Shown in pieces: positions 1 to 8,152 of a stretch of DNA of 64,000 bases (position 1 is its first letter; each line of letters begins with the position of its first letter). Source of the stretch: Myxococcota bacterium (GTDB lineage Bacteria > Myxococcota_A > Polyangia > Nannocystales > Nannocystaceae). The stretch covers positions 58,057 to 122,056 of the forward strand of contig JBCCWC010000014.1 of the NCBI GenBank assembly GCA_039194325.1, given 5' to 3'. The notes under the pieces were generated by a model that saw only the letters and a list, made by a program, of their open reading frames with translations, was not told where the DNA came from and did not search any database. A program made the position numbers and the translations under genes.

Positions 1-755
1 TACCCCTTTTGCATGTAGCCGATGCTCGTAGCGAGGTCGGCGAGGATGATGCCAGAGTAGAAAATGGAGTATCCGGTCTTTAGTTTCTTTGGGTTGCTGA
101 AGCCGTCGGGGCGGGAGAGGACTCCGAAGGCGGCTCCGGTGAACGCCACGCTCGTAAGGAGGGCGAGCTTCGACAGCAAGAGCCCCCACCGGGCCGTCCG
201 CGCTGCGAATACGCTCTCTTTGGCCGGTCCAAAGGACTTCTGATAGGCTTGATACCGCCCGTATCTATACATGCCGCCGAAGAGGAACCCGTGGCCTGCG
301 TATGCGACGGGAGCACTAACTCCCAGGACCAGGATCGGCAATACGGCGATGTCGATCACGTTGTCGGAGCTCAACGCATAGGCGAGCATCGAAACTCGCC
401 CCACGAACGCGGCGCTCGCGAGGACCCCGCCGACGGCCAATAAGCCCTTTCCGCTGCGCAGTTTCTTGGTCTTGCAGGGGGGGGACGCGTCGCGTTGGCG
501 CTTGACGCCGTCGCTGGGGCCACTGGGGTCGGGCGTAATGCTCTTTGGCCCTTGTCGTTCTTGGACCAGTGGGCCCGAGCGGGCGAGAACGCCGTCATCG
601 GCAGGGGCGGTGTCTGCCGATTCGGTGGAGGCCAGGGCGGCTCTCGAAGCCGGCTGAACAGTACAAAGACTCGCGGGAGAGTCATGTCGGGTGAAATCTG
701 GGGCTCTTACCACTGGTGATGAGGACAGCAGCACGGCCAGGAGTGAGCGCAGCAT
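1..755 (-). CDS. Hypothetical secreted/membrane protein, 3' end runs off the left edge
   Basis: Manual translation from ATG at 755: MLRSLLAVLLSSSPVVRA..., a low-complexity linker, then KKLRSGKGLLAVGGVLASAAF and further hydrophobic segments. The frame appears open to the window edge. Not in the supplied ORF track because it has no stop. Confidence 0.6.
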   Translation of the reverse strand, partial: MLRSLLAVLLSSSPVVRAPDFTRHDSPASLCTVQPASRAALASTESADTAPADDGVLARSGPLVQERQGPKSITPDPSGPSDGVKRQRDASPPCKTKKLRSGKGLLAVGGVLASAAFVGRVSMLAYALSSDNVIDIAVLPILVLGVSAPVAYAGHGFLFGGMYRYGRYQAYQKSFGPAKESVFAARTARWGLLLSKLALLTSVAFTGAAFGVLSRPDGFSNPKKLKTGYSIFYSGIILADLATSIGYMQKG

Positions 756-809
756 GGTGCTCGGAGTCTTTCTGATGTAGATGCTCTTCGTCGGGAGGAC
801 GCAAGAGGA

Positions 810-1658
810 ATGGATGGTGCGCACAGGTGCTTGCTATGTCGAGGCGCCGATTGGCGTGGTCGTGACGGGTTGATCCGCGTACGCGATCCACGTAGGCTCG
901 CCGAGGTGTCGTACCATCGCGTGCGCTGGCGTTGCTCGGTGGCCGCCTCGATGCTGTGCGCTGTGTGCGTTGTGGGGGCCTGTCGTGCGCTGCCGCCCAC
1001 CGAGATCGTACGCGGCTGGGTCAGGGGTGAGCAGGAGCGAACGATCAGGATCGATGCACGGGGGACCTCGCTGGGTCTGCTCCTCGCGCCAACGCAGGGG
1101 CAGGAGCAAGGGAATCCCTTGCCGGGTAGCTGTGCCTGGGATCTCATCTCGATCCTCCCGGCGCCACTGGCAACGGGAGAAGTCTTCGCCTCGGATGAGA
1201 GCGGCCGAGTCCTTCGATACGCCAATGGACGATGGACGCCAATGGGCGCCCTGGCGGAGGTGCCCCCGGTCGGGGTCTTGCTCGGGTTCGAGGCGGCTAC
1301 TTCTCCACTGGTCATGCTCGTCGAGCAAAAAGAGCAGAACACCTTGTGGAGCTTGACGGTCGTAGGCGCCGAAATTACCGACGTTGCTCGGTTGCCCGCC
1401 CGCAGGCCGACGTTTGCCGATCGGCAGAGCTTCCTCGAGCAGTACGATGTTGGTCGTTGTGTCCATGCGGATCAGGACTGTCTCTTCTTGAGCAAGAGTG
1501 TCGGTAGCCGCGAGATCTCCGTCTATCGAGAGCCATTGCCCGGCCTGGCGCGCACTCGAGTCAGAGTGTTGAACGAGTCTGTTCGGGATGTTGCCTACGT
1601 CGAAGGCTCGGAAGGACGGAGCCTCTATGTGCTGACCAATATCGAATGTAGCCAGTGA
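810..1658 (+). CDS. Hypothetical protein, possible lipoprotein (true start probably later, e.g. ATG 951)
   Basis: 282-aa ORF with a lipobox-like MLCAVCVVGAC. No recognisable domain. Confidence 0.45.
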   Translation: MDGAHRCLLCRGADWRGRDGLIRVRDPRRLAEVSYHRVRWRCSVAASMLCAVCVVGACRALPPTEIVRGWVRGEQERTIRIDARGTSLGLLLAPTQGQEQGNPLPGSCAWDLISILPAPLATGEVFASDESGRVLRYANGRWTPMGALAEVPPVGVLLGFEAATSPLVMLVEQKEQNTLWSLTVVGAEITDVARLPARRPTFADRQSFLEQYDVGRCVHADQDCLFLSKSVGSREISVYREPLPGLARTRVRVLNESVRDVAYVEGSEGRSLYVLTNIECSQ

Positions 1659-2023
1659 GAGGTCTTCAGGGTCCGCTCGAAGATCTCGGCGAAGAGTTCA
1701 TCGGCTTGTTGACGGCATCGCTGCTCGGGCGGAGCATCGAGCGCTTGGCTTTTGTTTGGCCTCATCGAGCCATGGGGCCCGAACAGATGCCGGACGGTCG
1801 GCCCGTTCGGAGGATTGCGGAATTTGCGCGCTCCCGCTTTGGGTCCCCATGGTGCAAGCAGAGTGGTGCGCATGCAGTGATCAGTAGGGGCCGTTCGTCA
1901 GAATTTTCTACCGGGCGGCCCAAGAAATTCTCGACGACCCCGAGTCGTGTGCGTGAATGCCGCAGAACGCGTGCAACAACGAGGACAGCGAGGACGGATG
2001 ACGAGGGCCGGCGCACCGACGAG

Positions 2024-3211
2024 TCAGTCGCCGCCGCAGCCGCCGCAGCCAGACCCACAACTGGACCCGCAACTGGACCCGCAACTGGACCCGCAGCTAG
2101 ACCCACCCGAGTCGACGCTGCTGCTAAAGCCGAGCGAGTCGAGCCAGCCTCCGCCGTCGTTGCTGCTGATGCTGCTGAGCTCGCTGCTGGTCTCACTGGT
2201 CTCGCCACCGGATGGCGCCAGCGCGTCTGGGGGAAAGCATGCCTGGTACTCGCTGCCTTCGTGAAAGGTCACGTCGGAGACCTGCTGCGGGGGCGCGAAG
2301 TCGGCCTGGGGATTGAGGGTGTCCTCGCGGCCGGCGTCGAACCCCAAGGGACCCACGTCCAGGACGCCCCGTCCTGCTTCGTCGACCAATGACACGTTGC
2401 TGATGTACCGGTTGTGGGCGTGGCTCATCTCCGACCAGACCCATGCGTAGAAGAAGGCGTCTGCGAAGCCGTGGTAGCCCCCGAAGATCGGGTCGCCATG
2501 GGCATCCCACCCGTCGTCGTAGTCGACCTCGTTCGCGTGGCCTCGCCGCCGCTTCGGCCGAACGATCTTGCGCTGGCTCTGGGTCTCGATGTCGTCGATG
2601 TGCATGTGCTGCGACACCGCCTGCTTGACCGATTCGACGAAGGTGTCGAACGCAGCGTGGCGATCCTTGACGAAGGCGTCGTAGCTCGATTGCTCGGTGA
2701 AGATCGGGCCCAGGTGTTTGTCGAGCGCGTCGGCATCGCGGCTCGAGGACCCGAGCTCTCCGAGCACTCCGTTGACGTTGATCGTGATCGGATACTCGCC
2801 GGGGGCGTGCATGCGCAGCACGTCGATCTGGAGCAGATACTTGAAGACCGCGTCTTGGTGCTCGAGCACCAGGGTCAGGCGGTCGAACACGTCCTTGCCA
2901 AAGGCGCTGGCCTCCGAGGCGGCGAACGACTGCAGGGCCGGCTGCAAGTCGTCGGGGCGGCCTTGTTTGTCGTGGTAGAAGTCTTGGCCGTCCTTGGCTA
3001 GGCGCACGATGTTGGTGATGCCCACCGTGCGCAGGGCCGCGTTGAGCTGCTGCAAGATGCTCACCGCGGTGAAGGTCTCGACCTCCATCTTCGTCCCGGC
3101 CAGGCCGGCCGTAAGGTAGTAGAAGAAGCGGCCGAAGGCCTTGCTCGGCTTGACGCGCTCGAGCGTGGTCAGCTGGGATGGATCGATGCGGAGGTTGCTC
3201 GAGAAGTACAT
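2024..3211 (-). CDS. Hypothetical protein with a Gly/Ser/Cys-rich C-terminal tail (TIGR04222-like tail)
   Basis: Start reassigned to MYFSSNLRIDP (3211), just downstream of the upstream gene's stop. Ends GGSSCGSSCGSSCGSSCGSGCGGCGGD. Confidence 0.75.
   Translation of the reverse strand: MYFSSNLRIDPSQLTTLERVKPSKAFGRFFYYLTAGLAGTKMEVETFTAVSILQQLNAALRTVGITNIVRLAKDGQDFYHDKQGRPDDLQPALQSFAASEASAFGKDVFDRLTLVLEHQDAVFKYLLQIDVLRMHAPGEYPITINVNGVLGELGSSSRDADALDKHLGPIFTEQSSYDAFVKDRHAAFDTFVESVKQAVSQHMHIDDIETQSQRKIVRPKRRRGHANEVDYDDGWDAHGDPIFGGYHGFADAFFYAWVWSEMSHAHNRYISNVSLVDEAGRGVLDVGPLGFDAGREDTLNPQADFAPPQQVSDVTFHEGSEYQACFPPDALAPSGGETSETSSELSSISSNDGGGWLDSLGFSSSVDSGGSSCGSSCGSSCGSSCGSGCGGCGGD
2052..2105. repeat. 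12-bp coding tandem repeat (GCAACTGGACCC, about 4 copies) encoding GSSC repeats
   Basis: Seen directly in the sequence. Confidence 0.85.
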
Positions 3212-3215
3212 GGCG

Positions 3216-3647
3216 TTAGGGAGGTCCTTGGCAGGGGCCACAGTCGGCGGTGGCCGAAAGGGGCGAGGGGGCACCCCACCAGGCCGGGTCGGGCGTGCCG
3301 AAGCGAAGGGTATAGCGACGGATCGTCTCGCGGAAGCGAGCGCGATTGAGCGCATCGCCGCCCCCGGGGTCGTGATGCATGAAGCGACCGAAGTACTGCG
3401 CGCACAGATCGGCGTACTCCCGGGTGCACAAGATCATCTCGTGCCACGCATCGTCGACTCGGGGGCTCGGGGTCAGTGACTGGTCCGCCTCCGCGACCAA
3501 GGACAAGAACCGGAGCACTTCGAGGACCGCGCGGGGGGCCTGGGCAGGATCGAGATCGCACGCGGCGACCAGCTTGTCGACGAGGACCGGCTTGGCCCGC
3601 AAGAGCCCAGCGGCCACCGCGGGGCGATCGAGGTCGGCGTGGCCCAC
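3216..3647 (-). CDS. Glycine-rich-domain-protein (GRDP-like) family protein
   Basis: Motif EVLRFLSL...TPSPRVDDAWHEMILCTREYADLC...FMHHDP is typical of the GRDP-like domain. Confidence 0.75.
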   Translation of the reverse strand: MGHADLDRPAVAAGLLRAKPVLVDKLVAACDLDPAQAPRAVLEVLRFLSLVAEADQSLTPSPRVDDAWHEMILCTREYADLCAQYFGRFMHHDPGGGDALNRARFRETIRRYTLRFGTPDPAWWGAPSPLSATADCGPCQGPP

Positions 3648-3666
3648 CTCGTCGATGCTACCAGGG

Positions 3667-5130
3667 TCACGAGTCCTGGTTGGTCAGCGCCCGTACCACG
3701 CCCTCGAGCATGTCGAGCTCCACGGGCTTGACCAAGAAGCGATCGGCGCCCATCTCCCGCAGCAGCTGCCAGTCCGATGCTCCCCCATACGCGGTGACCA
3801 CCACGATGGGGACCTGGGCGGTGGCCGGGTTGGCTCGTAGCGCGCAGGTCAGCGCGGCCCCTCCCCCGTGGGGCATGTTCAGGTCGGTGATCACCAGATC
3901 GAGGTGCTCTTGGGCGGCGATCGCTTCAGCCGAGGCGGCGTCGGCCACCGTGATCACATCGATCTCGGGGAAGCTCATCATCAGCAGCTCCCGGGTGGCG
4001 ACCAGGGTGCTGGCCTCGTCGTCGACGACCATCACCCGCAGGGGAGGCGACGGGGAGGACACGCTCCGGAGGGCCTGGTGGAGGGCCGAAAGCAGCTCTT
4101 CGGCGCTAGCCTGGCGATCGGCCGGGCTCTTGGCCAGGGCGTGCATCAGGGGGGCATCGAAGGCGGCGGGAAGGGTGGGGCAGACCTCCGAGGGCCGCGG
4201 GGGAGCGGCGAAGGCGTGCCGGTTGAGTAGATCGAACAGCGACGGAGCGGCGAAGGGCAGCGTTCCGGTCAGCAGCTCGAAGCTGATCACGCCCAGCGCG
4301 TAGATGTCGATCCGCGTGAGCAGGCCGGGCTCAAGCACCTCCCCGCGGGCGATCTCGGGGGCGAGATAGGCCGGCGTCCCCCATAGAGGCATGCGCTCGC
4401 CGACGGTGTCGTTGCCCACCGGATGGGCGAGCCCGAAGTCGGTGACCGCGATTCGTGACCCCGAGCTCACCAGCACGTTGCCGGGCTTGAGATCGCGGTG
4501 GACGGCGCCCGCTTCGTGGATCGCCTGAACCCCCTCGGCGAGGGGATCCAGCAGCGCGAGCGCCTCCGCCGGAGACGGTCGTGGATGTCGACGCTGCCTG
4601 GCCGCGAGAGTCTGCCCCGGGATGTACTCCATCGCGAAGTAGGGATGCCCCTGTCGGGCTCCGAAGGCGTAGATCGTGACCACGTTGGGGTGACGAACGC
4701 GAGCCATGGCGCGGGCTTCCTTCAAGAAGCCGTCGCCCATTCGATCCTCGCCGCGCATGTCGGAGTGGAGCAGCTTGATCGCCACGTCGCGATCGAGGGG
4801 CTCGTCGTGGGCGAGATAGACCGTGCCCGTGCTCCCCGAGCCCAGGATCGCGCGGATCTGATACTTGTCGTCGAGCCAGTCGCCGATCTTGGGGGCGTTG
4901 GCCTGGCCGACACGTCGGTCGTTGCTGTTGTGACCGTCGAGCTCGAGGGTCGCGGCGGCGGGATCCGCGAAGGCTTCGAAGCAATAGGCGCTCGGATCCC
5001 GTGAGTTCGTGAGCATCGGCCGCAGCATTACACGCACCGATCCCGAGCGAGCGCGCAAACCATGCGTATGCTCATCGTCTCGCGCGCGTTCGCGTTCGCG
5101 TTCGAGTGTCGAAGGTTCGTTCGTGGTCAT
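3667..5130 (-). CDS. Ser/Thr protein kinase with a C-terminal response-regulator receiver domain
   Basis: Kinase motifs GSGSTGTVY, VAIKLL, HRDLKPGN, DFGLA, GTPAYLAPE. Receiver motifs VMVVDDE, DLVITDLNMP, FLVKP. Start uncertain. Confidence 0.92.
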   Translation of the reverse strand: MTTNEPSTLERERERARDDEHTHGLRARSGSVRVMLRPMLTNSRDPSAYCFEAFADPAAATLELDGHNSNDRRVGQANAPKIGDWLDDKYQIRAILGSGSTGTVYLAHDEPLDRDVAIKLLHSDMRGEDRMGDGFLKEARAMARVRHPNVVTIYAFGARQGHPYFAMEYIPGQTLAARQRRHPRPSPAEALALLDPLAEGVQAIHEAGAVHRDLKPGNVLVSSGSRIAVTDFGLAHPVGNDTVGERMPLWGTPAYLAPEIARGEVLEPGLLTRIDIYALGVISFELLTGTLPFAAPSLFDLLNRHAFAAPPRPSEVCPTLPAAFDAPLMHALAKSPADRQASAEELLSALHQALRSVSSPSPPLRVMVVDDEASTLVATRELLMMSFPEIDVITVADAASAEAIAAQEHLDLVITDLNMPHGGGAALTCALRANPATAQVPIVVVTAYGGASDWQLLREMGADRFLVKPVELDMLEGVVRALTNQDS

Positions 5131-5141
5131 CGCACGAGCGA

Positions 5142-5840
5142 TCAGTACTCATCGTGCCGTTTCACCCAGGCCATCGGCCATGGCAGGCCCGCCTCGTCGC
5201 GCCCCTTGGGGGTCAGGTCGAGCCAGTGGTAGGTGCCATTGAGGATGTCCAGGCCGCGCGCGTAGGTCGAGTACGTGTGCAAGATCTCCTCGCCCTCGCG
5301 CAGGAACACGCTGGCCCCGGGGAGCTCGGGGCCTGCTTCGAGGGTGCCGAAGTTATAGAGCGTGGCCTTGCCGGCGACCTGCTCCTCGGTGAAGGTGACG
5401 TCGAAATCGTGGTTGAAGGTGTTGCCCGCCGAGGACACCCACGCAAAACGCCAGCCCATGCGCTCGGCGTAGGCACGAAGCTTGTCCAGTGGTCCCCGGG
5501 ATACCACCGCGAACGCGGTGTCACGGGCCCGTAGATGGGGGATCATTGGGTCGAAGTGATCCGCCCAAAAGGTACAGCTGGGGCAGCCGGCATCCCAGTC
5601 GGGCCCATACATGAAATGGTACACGATGAGCTGGTGACAGCCGTCGAAGAGATCGGCGAGGCGACACTCGCCGTCGGGGCCCTCGAAGACGTACGCGGTC
5701 TGCACCCGGCGGCGGGGCAGGGCCCGTCGGAGCACGCTTACCTCGTCGCGCAGGCGGGTCAGCTCCTTTTCTCGGGCCATCAGCTCGAGCCGAGCCGCGG
5801 TCCACTGCTCCTTGTCGGTGGTTTCGTGCAGATTGGCCAT
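5142..5840 (-). CDS. DUF899 family thioredoxin-like protein
   Basis: WTAARLELMAREKELTR...LIVYHFM...CPSCTFWAD...HTYSTYARG...W..RHDEY. Start moved to MANLHET at 5840. Confidence 0.9.
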   Translation of the reverse strand: MANLHETTDKEQWTAARLELMAREKELTRLRDEVSVLRRALPRRRVQTAYVFEGPDGECRLADLFDGCHQLIVYHFMYGPDWDAGCPSCTFWADHFDPMIPHLRARDTAFAVVSRGPLDKLRAYAERMGWRFAWVSSAGNTFNHDFDVTFTEEQVAGKATLYNFGTLEAGPELPGASVFLREGEEILHTYSTYARGLDILNGTYHWLDLTPKGRDEAGLPWPMAWVKRHDEY

Positions 5841-5920
5841 GGCTCCGACATAGCCCCTCCGGCCAGCGGCGGGGAGTAACAATGCCGACGGGATTCTTCG
5901 CCCGCCTTTTGCCACTTGCC

Positions 5921-7138
5921 ATGGACTCCGCGATCAACACCGCCGCTCGAGCACTCGCCGCCGGCGATCCAATCGCCGCCCTCAACCAGGTCGGGCTGCG
6001 AGAGGATGGCCCGGGCCTGGCGCTGCGGGGCATCGCGATGGCCCAGCTGGGGGAGTGGCCTCGAGCCAAGGAATTGCTGCGGGCGGCGGCGCGCAAGCTG
6101 GACCGTGAGCCCCTCGCACGGGCCCGTTGCATCGCGGCCCAGACCGAGGTGGCGCTCGCGATGCGGGAGCTGGGGACCTCGGCCGCGGCGCTCGACGAGG
6201 CGATCGAGGTGCTCGACGCGCGTCACGATCGGATCAACGCCACCCATGCCCGCTTGCTTCGTCTACGGCGGCTGCTGCTGCTGGGTCGGCTCGATGAGGC
6301 CGAGGCGGAGCGTGAGGTGCTCGATCTGCGAGCGATGCCACCGATGCTCCAGGCGTACGCGCAGCTGGTCACGGCCGACATCGCGGTGCGGCGAGTACGG
6401 GCTCGGGCCGCCGCGATGGCCTTGCGCTTCGCTCGGCATGCCGCCGCGCTTGCCGGCATAGGAGCGCTCCGGGCCGAGATCGAAGCCACCGCCGAGCACT
6501 TGCGGCGCCCCGCGGCCCGGTTGCGCTCGCGTGGGCGTGACCGCACGCTGGGGCTCGTGGAGGTGGAGGAGATCCTCGACTCGCCGGCGCTCGTCGTGGA
6601 TGCCTGTCGTCGTACGGTGGGGCGGCATCGGCAGACCCGATCGCTCGCGCGACGCCCGGTCCTGTTCGGGCTGGTGACCGCGCTGGCCGAGGCGTGGCCG
6701 GGCGACGTGGGTCGGGAGCAGCTGTTGGCCGAGGTGTTCGAGGCGGAGGCCACCAACGAGTCGTGGCGAGCTCGGCTTCGGGTGGAGATCGGCCGCTTGC
6801 GCAAGCAGCTGGGCGATCTGGCCACCGTGGAGTCGACTCCCCGGGGGTTTGGTCTCCGTTCGTTCGACGCCTCCGAGGTGGTGCTGCTCGTACCACCGGT
6901 CGATGGAGAGCACGCGGCCGTGCTGGCGCTCTTGTCCGATGGATCGACATGGTCCACGTCGGCTCTGTCTCTTGCTTTGGGTGTCAGCCAGCGTACGGTG
7001 CAGCGAGCCCTCGCAGCCCTACAGCGAGACGGTCGGGTCCAGGCACTCGGGCGAGCCCGTGCGCTGCGGTGGGTCGCGCCCCCGGTCAGTGGATACACGA
7101 CAGCGTTGTTACTCCCGAGGTTGAGCGCGGGTGGGTAG
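5921..7138 (+). CDS. Helix-turn-helix transcriptional regulator (TPR-like N-terminus, winged helix and C-terminal HTH)
   Basis: MDSAINTAARALAAGDP...; RARLRVEIGRLRK; WSTSALSLALGVSQRTVQRAL. Divergent from the DUF899 gene, an arrangement I recall as common. Confidence 0.82.
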   Translation: MDSAINTAARALAAGDPIAALNQVGLREDGPGLALRGIAMAQLGEWPRAKELLRAAARKLDREPLARARCIAAQTEVALAMRELGTSAAALDEAIEVLDARHDRINATHARLLRLRRLLLLGRLDEAEAEREVLDLRAMPPMLQAYAQLVTADIAVRRVRARAAAMALRFARHAAALAGIGALRAEIEATAEHLRRPAARLRSRGRDRTLGLVEVEEILDSPALVVDACRRTVGRHRQTRSLARRPVLFGLVTALAEAWPGDVGREQLLAEVFEAEATNESWRARLRVEIGRLRKQLGDLATVESTPRGFGLRSFDASEVVLLVPPVDGEHAAVLALLSDGSTWSTSALSLALGVSQRTVQRALAALQRDGRVQALGRARALRWVAPPVSGYTTALLLPRLSAGG

Positions 7139-7796
7139 CATGCCGGCGATGAGTCCGTCGCGTAGACCTCCCCGCCGAGCATTGATCGAGCGCGAGTATG
7201 GGCCCTTCGATGACCGGCCTACCCACGGGATCGCCTACGATGGTCGCCGCCTGTGGATCGCCGCTGGCAAGGACATTCAGGCGCTCGACCCCCGCAGCGG
7301 GGCAATCGTCGGCTCACTCCCCGTCGCCTCCGATGCGGGCACCGCCTACGATGGTCGTCACCTCTATCAGCTGACCGGCGAGAAGATCCAGCGGATCGAC
7401 ACGCAGACCGGCCAGATCGTGGGCACGATCCCTGCTCCGGGGCGAGGGCGAGACTCCGGAATGACCTGGGCCGAAGGCAAGCTATGGGTCGGCCAGTATC
7501 GCGATCGCAAGATCCACTGCATCGATCCCAAGACGGGCAAGATCATCAAGACGATCGAGTGCGATCGGTTCGTCACCGGGGTGACATGGACCGGCGGCGA
7601 GCTATGGCACGGGACCTGGGAAGACGATGCCAGTGAGCTGCGGCGGGTCGATTCCGACTCGGGCGAGGTGCTCGAGCGCTACCAGGCGCCCGAGGGCGTG
7701 AACATCACGGGGTTATCGTCCGATGGCGACTGCTTCTTTTGCGGCAGCGGTCCCGAGGGACGGGTCCGCGCCCTTCGTCGCCCCGGGCGATCGTGA
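7131..7796 (+). CDS. Glutamine cyclotransferase-like beta-propeller protein
   Basis: Repeated blades (GIAYDG, GTAYDG, GMTWAEG, GVTWTGG). Overlaps the regulator's stop codon. Confidence 0.75.
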   Translation: MGSMPAMSPSRRPPRRALIEREYGPFDDRPTHGIAYDGRRLWIAAGKDIQALDPRSGAIVGSLPVASDAGTAYDGRHLYQLTGEKIQRIDTQTGQIVGTIPAPGRGRDSGMTWAEGKLWVGQYRDRKIHCIDPKTGKIIKTIECDRFVTGVTWTGGELWHGTWEDDASELRRVDSDSGEVLERYQAPEGVNITGLSSDGDCFFCGSGPEGRVRALRRPGRS

Positions 7797-8152
7797 GTCC
7801 CGCAGCACGCGGGCGGTCGCTGCAATGACCAGTCCCCACTCTCGCGGTGTCATCATCGAGCCCTGCCTTCTGACTGACAGTCAGACTGACAGAAGGAAGC
7901 GCTGAAGCACTCGCGGTGACGCGACGATGTGCGATCGATCGCGGTGCATCTTCTTCGTTCAATAATGAGGGACATGGGTGCATGGGAACCCGCGGGAAGA
8001 TCCGGTGAAGTCCCAGATCGATACGCTCGGGATTTCATCGTGAGGTGCATTGCGTGGTCGTTCGCGTCGTCCCGGCATCCGGGCCCATCGTCACCATAAT
8101 GCTACAAGGTTCCCGAGGACCAAGTAGGGGTATGTATGCGAAGCTCCTATTC

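Noticed and set aside
477..484. G8 tract as a phase-variation site
   Set aside because: Short, in frame (Ser-Pro-Pro), and unremarkable at this GC content.
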